NCBI GenBank assembly: GCA_019247605.1
Contig: JAFBAS010000048.1
Coordinates: forward strand, 2,843 to 66,842
Source of the DNA: Hyphomicrobiales bacterium
GTDB taxonomy: Bacteria > Pseudomonadota > Alphaproteobacteria > Rhizobiales > Beijerinckiaceae
DNA: 64,000 nucleotides
Direction: 5' to 3'
The notes beneath the pieces were generated by a model. That model was not told where the DNA came from. It saw nothing but the letters and a program-made list of their open reading frames with translations, and ran no database searches. Shown here one piece after another: positions 51,452 through 60,735 of this stretch. A program made the position numbers and the translations under genes. Numbering within the stretch: the first letter of the stretch is position 1; each line of letters starts with the position of its first letter.

Positions 51452-52243
51452 TCAGATCGCCGATCTTCGAGGAAGCTGGAGGAGAGACCTTCCAAGAAAC
51501 AGGTTATCCACATTCTCCTGTCGCAGATCGACGAGCGGCGCCCCTAAGGTCAGGAAGTCTTCCCAGAACGTCAAATGGGTCGCCCCGGTCTTTGCGTCCC
51601 GCCCATTCCAACGGCTGGAGCGCTCTATCTGCGCCGCGAAGGGGAGCGGCTTCTTGGCATCCGCGCCTGTGAAAATGTAGAAGGGATCGATTGCCACCCC
51701 CCAAACGCCGCCGAGCGCCATCACCTGGTAGCCGAGGCCTTCATTCTTGAACCATGGCCTGCGCCCACCGCAGCGTTGCACCACGACGTTTCGTGAAACC
51801 TCAACCGATTCGCGCGTGTTGTAGGCGATCGTGCGCGGTTTTCCGTCCTGGCCCTGAAAATACGCGCGCGGCGCGTTGGGATCGCCCTCGATAACCAATC
51901 CCTTGGCCGCAAAGCGCAAAAGATAGCGCTCGAAATGCTTGCGCAACAGCCAGGACAACACGTTGCGTCCCGGCGCGACCGATTCGATCTCGAACCGCGG
52001 GCGCGTGCGGCTCGCGCCAGGATCCATGATCGCCTCGAACAGGGCGACGAGAATCGGCAAGGGCGTGAAGCTCCAGATCTCATCGCCGTTGTGGATGAAG
52101 GTTCCGGCCCGCGCCAAATCCAGACTTTGCGGTTTAAAGCGCAACGCGGTCCGCAGCCGAATGATCGACAATTGTTCCGGCATCGAGACGAAGGGAAGAA
52201 GATTGACGATTTCCGAAGCTTCGACCTGATGCTTGGTTTCCAT
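51452..52243 (-). CDS. Stand-alone APAZ-like domain protein (no effector domain)
   Basis: 263 aa; EIVNLL...PE, IWSF, WLLRKHFE, W.VAIDPFYIFTG.D..P, HLTFWEDFL follow the motif order I recall for DUF4365/TIR/SIR2-APAZ C-terminal halves; in-frame stop 15 codons upstream of the ATG. Confidence 0.6.
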   Translation of the reverse strand: METKHQVEASEIVNLLPFVSMPEQLSIIRLRTALRFKPQSLDLARAGTFIHNGDEIWSFTPLPILVALFEAIMDPGASRTRPRFEIESVAPGRNVLSWLLRKHFERYLLRFAAKGLVIEGDPNAPRAYFQGQDGKPRTIAYNTRESVEVSRNVVVQRCGGRRPWFKNEGLGYQVMALGGVWGVAIDPFYIFTGADAKKPLPFAAQIERSSRWNGRDAKTGATHLTFWEDFLTLGAPLVDLRQENVDNLFLGRSLLQLPRRSAI

Positions 52244-52382
52244 GGCGCTTCCAAACAGCTTCGTGCCTTTTCTGTCTTCGATACGCTAATCTAATAAGCG
52301 ATGCAACTTTAGCTTTGCGAATGCGCGCAAGCCGAATTTGTTGCGCATTTGCCACAAGCATCAAAAACCAACCGTGATTGCT

Positions 52383-52402
52383 TCTAATTCGGGCGAATTA
52401 GA
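52383..52402. promoter_or_regulatory. Perfect 9-bp inverted repeat between the divergent APAZ and porin genes
   Basis: TCTAATTCG-gg-CGAATTAGA in an AT-rich intergenic region. Confidence 0.45.
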
Positions 52403-52600
52403 TTGAACATGCAATCGCCATGAGTATGTTGCGCGTGTGGCAGGAAAGTCCTGTCACCTCCGTCGTCGACCCACTTAATCCTTAGCGGAGCAAGCGGCGA
52501 TAGCGGGTCTGGGTAGGGATGCCAATGAGTGTTTTCTCAGGGAAACGCGGCGGTGAAGCCCGATCCTACGATACTAAGTTCTTCAACCTTGGAGGTCTAA

Positions 52601-54238
52601 ATGAAGCTCGTTAAGAGCCTTCTCCTCGGGTCCGCCGCGGGTCTCGTCGCGGTCGCCGGGGCGCAGGCAGCCGATCTTCCCACAAAGAAGGCGGCACCTG
52701 TGGACTACGTCCGGATCTGTAACGTCTACGGCCCGGGCTTCTTCTACATTCCTGGCACCGACACCTGCATTAAGGTCGGCGGCAAGGCGGAGTTCGACCT
52801 CGAGTGGGATGAGGCTCGCGCCCACTCGGATCCCACCGTCGGTTATAATGCCCTTGCTCGCGTGAACTTGGACGCTCGTACAGCGACCGATTGGGGCTTG
52901 TTGCGCGCTTTCGTGCAGATCGACATCCGTCGCCGCACGGGCGCCTGGTACGGGTCCGGCACATCCGCTCGTCAAGGCTTCGGTGTCGTCTATGGCGGCG
53001 GCGTCAACCCGGGCAATGGGTTCTCGAGCTTCGCCGGCGTGAATACCTTCTCCCCGTCATACGGCGTCCAGCTCGAGTCGAGCTTGAATGCCGATAAGGC
53101 CTTCATCCAATGGGGCGGGTTGACGGCTGGTCGCTTCCAGTCCTTCTTCGACTTCTATGCCGACAACGACAACTTCCATGGCATGGGCGATTCGGATTCG
53201 ACGACGCAAGGCCTCGCCTACACCTACGCGTTCGGGAACGGCTTCTCGGCGACGGTGGCGATCGAAGACGGGGCCGAACGGCGCAACGTGGTCGGCAGCG
53301 TGGGCACGGTTGCTGGTGGTGCCATCTTCCCGAGCTCGTTCGCCGGAGCGGCAGCCACGAACTTCGCTATCACGTTCCCAGCGGCGGGCAATCCGCTCTT
53401 CGCCGCATCTACGGTGAACGGTGGACTAGTGCCGGCATTCGACGCGGGACAGCGCCAAGTTGCGCCCAACGTGGTCGGTGTGTTGCGTGTTGACCAAGCC
53501 TGGGGTTCTGCTCAGTTGTCTGGCGTCTGGGACCATATCAGCACGCAAGGCTCGGTCACGACTATACCGGGTGCTGCCCCTGGCGCCAGCAGCGTCAATG
53601 GGGGTTTCGGCTCGCTGACACAAGAGGGCTGGGCCGTCCAGGGCGGCGTGAAGATCAACCTGCCGATGATCTCAGCCGGCGACGACATCTGGGTCGAGGG
53701 CGCCTACTCGCATGGCGCGACCACCTTCACCAACAGCGGTTATCCGGGCCAGGGATCGGCCACGGCCAACCAGTTCGGCGCGAGCACGCTCAACCTGTAT
53801 GACGGGATCGTCAATCCGGAAGGCAAGCTCAAGCTGACGAATAGCTGGTCGGTGATGGCGGACTACCTCCACTACTGGACCCCGAGCATTCGTGAAGCCT
53901 TCTTCGGCAGCTACTACAGGCAGAGCTACGGCCACGCGATCCGGTCGGCCGCGGGCTTCGCCGAGGGCGCTGCATGCCCGACTTGCGTCGGGACAGTGAC
54001 CACCGCGAGCGGTGCCAACTTCAACCCCTTCTCGCCCTTCTACACGGATGGCGCGCAGTGGCAGGTCGGCACCAACGTCGTCTGGTCGCCGGTCAAGAAC
54101 CTCGATATCGGCGTCGAAGTCATCTACGTGGCGAACGACGACGCGCATCGTCACTTCGATCCGAATCGCGGATATCCGTTCCTTGCGAACGGCGATGCCC
54201 AGTGGCTCAGCCGCTTGAAGATCTCTCGCGCGTTCTGA
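52601..54238 (+). CDS. Alphaproteobacterial porin (Omp2b/RopA family)
   Basis: MKLVKSLLLGSAAGL..AQAADLP.KKAAPVDYVRIC..YG.GFFYIPGTDTCIKVGG; terminal Phe; GGAGG RBS. Confidence 0.95.
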   Translation: MKLVKSLLLGSAAGLVAVAGAQAADLPTKKAAPVDYVRICNVYGPGFFYIPGTDTCIKVGGKAEFDLEWDEARAHSDPTVGYNALARVNLDARTATDWGLLRAFVQIDIRRRTGAWYGSGTSARQGFGVVYGGGVNPGNGFSSFAGVNTFSPSYGVQLESSLNADKAFIQWGGLTAGRFQSFFDFYADNDNFHGMGDSDSTTQGLAYTYAFGNGFSATVAIEDGAERRNVVGSVGTVAGGAIFPSSFAGAAATNFAITFPAAGNPLFAASTVNGGLVPAFDAGQRQVAPNVVGVLRVDQAWGSAQLSGVWDHISTQGSVTTIPGAAPGASSVNGGFGSLTQEGWAVQGGVKINLPMISAGDDIWVEGAYSHGATTFTNSGYPGQGSATANQFGASTLNLYDGIVNPEGKLKLTNSWSVMADYLHYWTPSIREAFFGSYYRQSYGHAIRSAAGFAEGAACPTCVGTVTTASGANFNPFSPFYTDGAQWQVGTNVVWSPVKNLDIGVEVIYVANDDAHRHFDPNRGYPFLANGDAQWLSRLKISRAF

Positions 54239-54255
54239 TCGTCTCAAATACCTGG

Positions 54256-54288
54256 AAAGCCCCGGCCTCGCGCCGGGGCTTTTCTTTT
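54256..54288 (+). terminator. Rho-independent terminator of the porin gene
   Basis: aaagccccggc-ctcgc-gccggggcttt followed by tctttt. Confidence 0.9.
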
Positions 54289-54604
54289 AGACGTGGGCCT
54301 CAAACGAGCGCTTGGTCACACCACCCCGTGTCGCCCCCGACGAGGCTCGCAAGAGCGATGCCCTGGTGGACCCCATGCAATCAAAAAGGGGTCATTCACA
54401 CGGGCCTCACCCGCCCGAGCGGCCGAAGGCCGCGATGGAAGGAAGCCCATAATCCACAAGGTTCCGGAACTCGATTGCTATTCACCACTTGCCAACATCG
54501 GCCAGCGCGTCTGGCGCGGCCATCGGCCCGCGCATCCATGTCGTTAGGAGTGCCGCCATCGACGTGTGGGCATTGGTGTCAGGTCCGGTCCGCCTTACCG
54601 CGCT

Positions 54605-54970
54605 CTAATATTCGCGTCTTCCCTCGATCAGAGGTGCTTCGGAGCAGGTCGTTTGGCAAAAGAAGCAATGGCCATCAGAGCCCGCGCCCTTCGCATTCAA
54701 GAGCTGCAACTGCCATTTTTCGGTGTCGTTGCCGAACTCCATTTCACGCAGCTTTCCGATGTCGGATGAGATCTCGCGCGCAATGAGCGCTACCGCACTC
54801 GCCGAATGCCGATCGATGCGTGCCATCTGGTCCGCGACCTCCGTCAGCAGCATCGTGTTTTGCGCCAATTGGCGCGCTTTGGCGTAGAGATTGGAAAGGA
54901 CGACCGAGGTGGTGAGAAGCAACAGAAGGTTGAAGGTCGAGAAGGCAAGGTAATAGCTGGTCTCCGTCAC
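54605..54970 (-). CDS. Hypothetical membrane-anchored protein (121 aa) with C-terminal Cys cluster
   Basis: GGAG RBS 7 nt before GTG; N-terminal TM, helical middle, HCFFCQTTC. Confidence 0.55.
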   Translation of the reverse strand: MTETSYYLAFSTFNLLLLLTTSVVLSNLYAKARQLAQNTMLLTEVADQMARIDRHSASAVALIAREISSDIGKLREMEFGNDTEKWQLQLLNAKGAGSDGHCFFCQTTCSEAPLIEGRREY

Positions 54971-55566
54971 GTTGAATCTCCCTGGTCATCAAGTCTCGGT
55001 ATTCACGTCTTGAGCTCGGCACGAACGCCGAGCCGTTGTGGTCTCACCGACCGCCAATTGCGCCGGCCACGCACATTGCGCGACCGCGAGAACGTCACGG
55101 CCTTGCCCGCAAACACGCGTTCGGGTTGAATATTCGAAGCCGACCTGCCCCGATACTCGAAACTCTAGACCCCCGCTTATGTCGGTTTATTCCGTTTACT
55201 TGTTGCAATTCGAAGGGTCTGGTTCGAATGTTTCATCTATCCACCAATATTCAAGGTTCCTGTGCCAATTCGGCAACAGAATTCCCTGCCGTCGCCGAAA
55301 GTTGGAGGCCATATCTATTGGGCTCTTGCTTTTCGGCATTCCGATTTTTCCAACCACTTCGTTTGGGGAATAGCACGGAAAATCTTAAATGACCTCCGTT
55401 TTCCGATAAAAATCTCGCGAGTGCCATCCGGCATCTGCGAACCAGGGCGCGGAGGCCGTTCGCTTTGCTCGCTTTCTACGGGAAAAATGCTGAAGGCGAC
55501 GCGCCTTCGGTCTCGGAGCTTGTCGAAAGCCGGGTGAGAGCCGCGCTCGTCTTCTCGCCAAATCAC

Positions 55567-57282
55567 CTATCCCAGGCTCGCGCCGGAGCTTCCCTGCAAT
55601 TCGAGCGGCGGACGGCGATCCCAAACCGCGAATTCCCTTTCGAGCGCCTTGCCGATTCGCAAGATCGTGCCTTCGTCGAAAAGGCGTCCGTGAACGCAGA
55701 TCGCATGCGGAACGATGAATGTCGGTCCCTTCGCTGGCGAGACTTGCCGGGGACGCGTCCGCACGAGCGTCAAGGACCCACGCGTCTCGCTCTGACGAAA
55801 GCCCGAGCGCATCACGAGCGCGGGATGACCGGTGAAGTTGGTGATCGTCAGCATGGGGCCGACAAGGCATGGAGCGATGATGGCATCCACCTTGCTGAAA
55901 GCAGCGTCCATGTCTTGCATCACGCGTCGCCTCAGCCGATCGAGCTGGACGTGATCGACAGCGGAGAGGAAGCGAGCTTTGCGAAAAGCGTTGGGCCAAG
56001 CGGCGGGCTCTTGCCAGGAAAGCTCATCATCGCGGTTTTCGAGCGTAAGCTCTTCAAAGGCAGCTGCCGCCTCGGCGAAGAGGAGGTTCATGAGCGCATC
56101 GTAAGGCAGGTCCGGGCGCTCGAGTGCGGTGAGCTCGAGCCCGATGCGGCGCGCCGCGTCAAGCGCCGCGCGATCGAGATCGTCCGCTTCAGGCAGCTTG
56201 AAATCCTCCGGAAAATATCCGAGGCGAAGTCCCTTTATGGGCGCTGCCGCGTCATACCCGAAGGGCGCCGCGATCGAGGACGGGTCGTCCTTATCGAAGC
56301 CGTTGATCGCCTCGAGAACAAGCGCAGTGTCCTCGACTGTCCGGCACATCGGCCCGATCTTGTCGAGGCTCGAGCAGAGCGCCATCGCCCCTGCCCGTGA
56401 GACACGGCCAAACGTCGGGCGCAGCCCTGTCGTGCCGCAGCGGATCGAGGGAGCGACGATCGAGCCCAGGGTTTCCGTGCCGATCGAAAAGCCAACGAGG
56501 CCGGCGGCCGTCGCGGAACCAGAACCCGCACTCGAGCCACTCGAGCCTTCCTCCAGATTCCACGGATTGCGCGTGCGCCCACCATACCAGATATCGCCGT
56601 AAGCGAGAGCGCCGAGCGTGGTTTTCGCGACGAGCACCGCGCCGGCGTCAGCAAGCTTTCTCACCACTGACGCATCGCTTGCAGGCACACGGCTGCGATA
56701 GGGTTCGGCACCCCATCCGGTGGAGATTCCCTTGGTATCCAGAAGGTCCTTGGCGCCCCAGGGAATTCCATGCAGAGCTCCTAGATAAATGCCATCGCCG
56801 AGAAGCCGGTCGGCGCGCTCGGCTTGCTCACGCGCAAGCTCGGGCGTCGCGGTCGCAATGCATTTCAGCTTTTCGCCGAGCGGCGCGATCCTTTCGAGAT
56901 AGATCTCGGTCAGGCGCACCGAGGTGAGCGTCCCGGCGCGTATCCAGCGCGCCAAATGCGTGACCGGCGCGTAGGCGATATCGATGTCCCGTGAAGGCAA
57001 GGCCGGAGCCGGCTCGTCGCCCGGCCTAAAAATTCCAGGATCGATCGGCTTCCATCCCGGAAGCCTCGGATCGAAACGCGTCGCTGGCGCAAGCGCCTGC
57101 GGCAACCGAACGGCACGCCGCTTGATCGCAAGCTCGACCTGGCCCGCGATATTGTCGACCATCTGCAAGCGCTCGGCATCCGAATAGTCGACGCCGAGCA
57201 GCTTTTCCGCTTGCGCGATGGTTGTGGCATCGACCTTCTGTTGCCCGTTCACGACTGAGTTAGCCTCATTTTGCGGCCCCAT
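55567..57282 (-). CDS. Amidase signature family protein
   Basis: GIPWGAKDL, SSGSSAGS, IGTETLGSIVAPS, GLRPTFGRVSR (Ser-cisSer-Lys triad). Confidence 0.92.
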   Translation of the reverse strand: MGPQNEANSVVNGQQKVDATTIAQAEKLLGVDYSDAERLQMVDNIAGQVELAIKRRAVRLPQALAPATRFDPRLPGWKPIDPGIFRPGDEPAPALPSRDIDIAYAPVTHLARWIRAGTLTSVRLTEIYLERIAPLGEKLKCIATATPELAREQAERADRLLGDGIYLGALHGIPWGAKDLLDTKGISTGWGAEPYRSRVPASDASVVRKLADAGAVLVAKTTLGALAYGDIWYGGRTRNPWNLEEGSSGSSAGSGSATAAGLVGFSIGTETLGSIVAPSIRCGTTGLRPTFGRVSRAGAMALCSSLDKIGPMCRTVEDTALVLEAINGFDKDDPSSIAAPFGYDAAAPIKGLRLGYFPEDFKLPEADDLDRAALDAARRIGLELTALERPDLPYDALMNLLFAEAAAAFEELTLENRDDELSWQEPAAWPNAFRKARFLSAVDHVQLDRLRRRVMQDMDAAFSKVDAIIAPCLVGPMLTITNFTGHPALVMRSGFRQSETRGSLTLVRTRPRQVSPAKGPTFIVPHAICVHGRLFDEGTILRIGKALEREFAVWDRRPPLELQGSSGASLG

Positions 57283-57366
57283 GATCTCGTTGGCACGCGC
57301 GCCTTGCGGTGAAGGGGCAATCCCGAAAAGCCGGATTAGCGCTTCGCAAGCCGTTCGTCGCGTGAT

Positions 57367-58419
57367 TCAAATCGCACCAGCGCCTGCGCGCAGCTTGCGT
57401 TCGAGCGCCTGGCTGTACCTCGACATGAAGAAGCAGGGGCCGAAATAGAGCGCCGCAACGAAGAGATAGGCCTCGAGCGAAAAGCTTCTCCACGCGGGAT
57501 CGCCCAAGGCCTGCTTTGTCGCGAGCAACAAGTCCATCAGGCCAACGATCCCGACAAGCGAAGTATCCTTGAAAAGGGCGATGAGGACATTGACGATCCC
57601 AGGAATGGCGATGCGCAACGCTTGCGGAACGACGACAAGGAGGGTGGCGCGCAACGGGCCAAGTCCGAGCGAACGGGCCGCCTCCTCTTGAGAGGCGGGC
57701 ACTCCTTGTAAGCCGCCGCGAATGGCCTCGGCAAGGTAGGCGGCGCTGAACAGTGCGATCGCGACGAGTGCCCGCGGGAGCTCATCGATGCGCACCTCGC
57801 CGGGCATGAAGAGCGGCAACATGAAGGAGGCCATGAACAAAAGGCTCACCAGCGGCACTGCGCGCATGAGCTCGATGAAAACGATGCACAATGAACGCAC
57901 GAGCTTGAGCCGCGAGCGCCGGCCGAGCGCGAGCCCGATAGCGAGCGGAAAGGCGATCACGATGCCGGTCACCGAAAGGATGAGGGTGAGCGGCAGTCCG
58001 CCCCAACTTGTGCTCTCGACATAGGCGAGGCCGAAAACGCCACCCCACATGAGCACGGCGACCGCCACGGCGCCGAGCACCGCGGCAAGCGCGAGCGAGC
58101 TCAACGAAAGGAAGCGGCCGCAGGCGCTCCCGATCAAACCCACAATGACGAGCACGGCCGCGAGCGGCCGCCAAGCTTCGGCCTGCGGGTAGCGTCCGAA
58201 CAGAATGAGGCGATACTTCTCATGCACGAAGGCCCAGCACGCGCCCCCGCTTTCACGGCACGCGAGGGGCGTCCTCGCCGTGAAGCTCGCATCGAAGAGG
58301 GCCCAACGCAGAAACGGCGGGAGCACGAACCCGAGCAGCGCCAGCACGGCCAGGGTCAAGAGGCTGTTGCCGAGACTTCCGAAGAAGCGCCGCGAGAGAA
58401 TTGTGAGCGCGCTCGTCAC
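57367..58419 (-). CDS. aapM: Amino-acid ABC permease (AapM-like)
   Basis: ACWAFV, WGGLPLTL, FIELMRAVPLV, AEAIRGGLQ, FKDTSLV; GTGA overlap. Confidence 0.88.
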   Translation of the reverse strand: MTSALTILSRRFFGSLGNSLLTLAVLALLGFVLPPFLRWALFDASFTARTPLACRESGGACWAFVHEKYRLILFGRYPQAEAWRPLAAVLVIVGLIGSACGRFLSLSSLALAAVLGAVAVAVLMWGGVFGLAYVESTSWGGLPLTLILSVTGIVIAFPLAIGLALGRRSRLKLVRSLCIVFIELMRAVPLVSLLFMASFMLPLFMPGEVRIDELPRALVAIALFSAAYLAEAIRGGLQGVPASQEEAARSLGLGPLRATLLVVVPQALRIAIPGIVNVLIALFKDTSLVGIVGLMDLLLATKQALGDPAWRSFSLEAYLFVAALYFGPCFFMSRYSQALERKLRAGAGAI

Positions 58420-59576
58420 GTCGGGCCTTCGAGCCGGACGCGGGCATTGTACCAATTCATGAAGGCCGCGATCGACAGGCTCAACGTGAGATAGGCGGCC
58501 ATCACCATCCCGATCACTTCGAGCGCCTGCCCGGTTTGATTGACGATGGTGTTGCCGACCGACATGAGATCCGGATAGCCGATGGCCACGGCGAGCGAGC
58601 TGTTCTTGGCGAGGTTCAGATATTGGCTCGCAAGCGGCGGCACGGCGACACGCAACGCCTGAGGCAGGACGATCAGGCGAAGCCTGTGCTTGAACCGTAA
58701 GCCCAGCGCCGCGGCGGCATCGCTTTGGCCTGGCGCAACCGACCGGATCGCGCCGCGCAAGATTTCAGCGACAAAGGCGCCGTTGTAAAACGAAAGGCCG
58801 AGGAGCAGCGCCGTGAGCTCCGGGGACAGTGTCCCACCGCCGGCAAAGCCGAAGCGCCGCTGCTGCGGCCACCCGAATGGATCGGTGGCGAGCATTCGTG
58901 CAAGGAGAAGCGCGGCCGGCAAGAGCGCGAGCGACCATGCGGGCCAGGAAGCGGAGCGGCTGCCGGTTTGCGCTTGTCGGAATTCCGCAAAGCGAGTCCA
59001 CGCCGCCGCTGCGGCGAATCCCGCGCAAAGGGCAAAAAGGGGCGCGAGAGGCGCCCGCTCGAGCACCGGAAAATGCAGCCCACTCTTTGCAAGATAGAAT
59101 CCGGGGAGAAAGGCGGGCGCCGAGCCGTCCGGCGCCAGAACCTCGTTGAGGATCGCGTACCAGAGATAAAGCTGGAGCAAGAGCGGCACGTTGCGCAGAG
59201 CCTCTACGTAACCGCTTGCCAATGGACCGACGAGTGGATGGCCCGAGAGGCGCCCAAGACCGACGAATACGCCGATCAGCGTCGACAAGACGATTCCGGC
59301 GGAGCTCACAGCCAAGGTGTTCAAGAGACCGACAAGCAGCGCCCTGCCATAGCTCGAACGTCCGTCATAAGGGAGGAAACTCTCACCGATGTCGAAGCCG
59401 GCCTCGCTATGGAGAAAGGCAAATCCCGTGTGGATCGAGCGCGCGCCCAAATTGCCGGCGACATTGAAAACAAGAAAGCCGGCGAGCGCGAGCACAATCC
59501 CAAAAAGCAGAGCCTGCAGCAGGAAATCGCGCAATGGCGCCGAGTTCCTGCTCAGAGGGAGAGCGCGAGGCACCAT
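58416..59576 (-). CDS. aapQ: Amino-acid ABC permease (AapQ-like)
   Basis: GFAFL...AGFDIGE, VGLLNTL, RNVPLLLQL, AEILRGAI, KNSSLAVAIGYPDL. Confidence 0.88.
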   Translation of the reverse strand: MVPRALPLSRNSAPLRDFLLQALLFGIVLALAGFLVFNVAGNLGARSIHTGFAFLHSEAGFDIGESFLPYDGRSSYGRALLVGLLNTLAVSSAGIVLSTLIGVFVGLGRLSGHPLVGPLASGYVEALRNVPLLLQLYLWYAILNEVLAPDGSAPAFLPGFYLAKSGLHFPVLERAPLAPLFALCAGFAAAAAWTRFAEFRQAQTGSRSASWPAWSLALLPAALLLARMLATDPFGWPQQRRFGFAGGGTLSPELTALLLGLSFYNGAFVAEILRGAIRSVAPGQSDAAAALGLRFKHRLRLIVLPQALRVAVPPLASQYLNLAKNSSLAVAIGYPDLMSVGNTIVNQTGQALEVIGMVMAAYLTLSLSIAAFMNWYNARVRLEGPT

Positions 59577-59615
59577 TCGGTCACGCTGCGATCGGTTTGC
59601 GCCCTCTTGCGCGTC

Positions 59616-60650
59616 TCACCTCGCCGGCATGGCGTACATCAGCCCGCCCCGGGTCCACAGATTGTTGAGATTGCGCTCGAGCCTGAGTGGGGTCTTCGGG
59701 CCGAGATTGCGCTCGAACATCTCGCCATAATTGCCGACCTTCTTGATCGCCCGAAACGCGAAGGCCGGATCGACGCCGAGCTTCGCGCCGAGTTCGCCAT
59801 TCACGCCGAGGAGGCGCTGGATCGAGGGATCCGAGCTTGCCTTCATCTGGTCTGCGTTGTCGGCCGTGATGCCTTTCTCCTCGGCCTCGATCAGCGCGTA
59901 AAGGGTCCATTTCACGATGCTGAACCATTCGAGATCGTCGCGTGCAACGAGCGGGCCCAGCGGCTCCTTGGAGATGAGCTCGGGGAGCACCAGGAAGTCA
60001 TCAGGCTTTGGCGCATCGGACGCGCGCACCGACGAAAGATAGGAGACATCCGCGGAAAGCGCTTGGCAGCGCCCGCTGAAGAAGGCCGCGCGAGCCTCGT
60101 TTTGCGAATCGAAGACGACGGGCCTGAAGGCAAGCTTGTTGGCGTGAAAATAATCCGCGAGGTTGAGCTCGCTCGTCGTGCCCGATGCGGTGCACACGGA
60201 GGCGCCGTCGAGCTCGCGCGCGCTCTTCACCCCGAGCGATCGCGGGACGAGAAAACCCTGGCCGTCGTAGAAATAGACGCCGGCGTAAAGAAGGCCGAGC
60301 GAAGCGTCGCGCGTCAGCGTCCAGGTGGCGAGCGTCGCCAAAAGATCGATGTCACCCGATTGAAGCGCCGCGAACCGTTGCTGCGGCGTCAGGGGAACGA
60401 ACTTCACTTTGCCGGCTTCCCCGAGCGCGGCGGCCGCGACAGCGCGGCAGAAATCAGTGGTCAGTCCCGTCCATTCGCCCTTGCTGTCGACGATCGAGAA
60501 GCCGCCGACCCCGGTGCTCACGCCGCAGCTGAGCTCGCCTCGCTGGCGCACCGCATCGAGTGTCTTGCCGGCAAGCGCTGGCGAACACCCCAACAGGCCA
60601 AGTGCCACCAATGCCAGAATTCGTGTCGATGCGCGGTTCAATGGCTTCAT
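59616..60650 (-). CDS. aapJ: General L-amino-acid ABC substrate-binding protein
   Basis: TLDAVRQRG.L.CGV, DFCRAVAAA, TWTLTRDA, ISKEPLGP, GNYGEMFERN, GGLMYA. Confidence 0.9.
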   Translation of the reverse strand: MKPLNRASTRILALVALGLLGCSPALAGKTLDAVRQRGELSCGVSTGVGGFSIVDSKGEWTGLTTDFCRAVAAAALGEAGKVKFVPLTPQQRFAALQSGDIDLLATLATWTLTRDASLGLLYAGVYFYDGQGFLVPRSLGVKSARELDGASVCTASGTTSELNLADYFHANKLAFRPVVFDSQNEARAAFFSGRCQALSADVSYLSSVRASDAPKPDDFLVLPELISKEPLGPLVARDDLEWFSIVKWTLYALIEAEEKGITADNADQMKASSDPSIQRLLGVNGELGAKLGVDPAFAFRAIKKVGNYGEMFERNLGPKTPLRLERNLNNLWTRGGLMYAMPAR

Positions 60651-60735
60651 CTCAGGCTTCCTTACGGGAGTAGGCTCAAAATCCAGCATCGATCGGGTCA
60701 TCGCGAGTTGATTGACGGGTAGAGCTAGGCAAGCA

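Noticed and set aside
52601-54238. Unusually long porin (545 aa)
   Set aside because: Long-loop porins of this size are common in this family and the motifs are canonical
55218-55235. GGTTCGAAT resembling a tRNA T-loop
   Set aside because: No T-stem, acceptor stem or anticodon arm can be paired around it
57291-57307. TGGCACG...TTGC as a sigma-54 promoter (similar case near 37275)
   Set aside because: Spacing is 2 nt too long and the orientation is opposite to the adjacent gene
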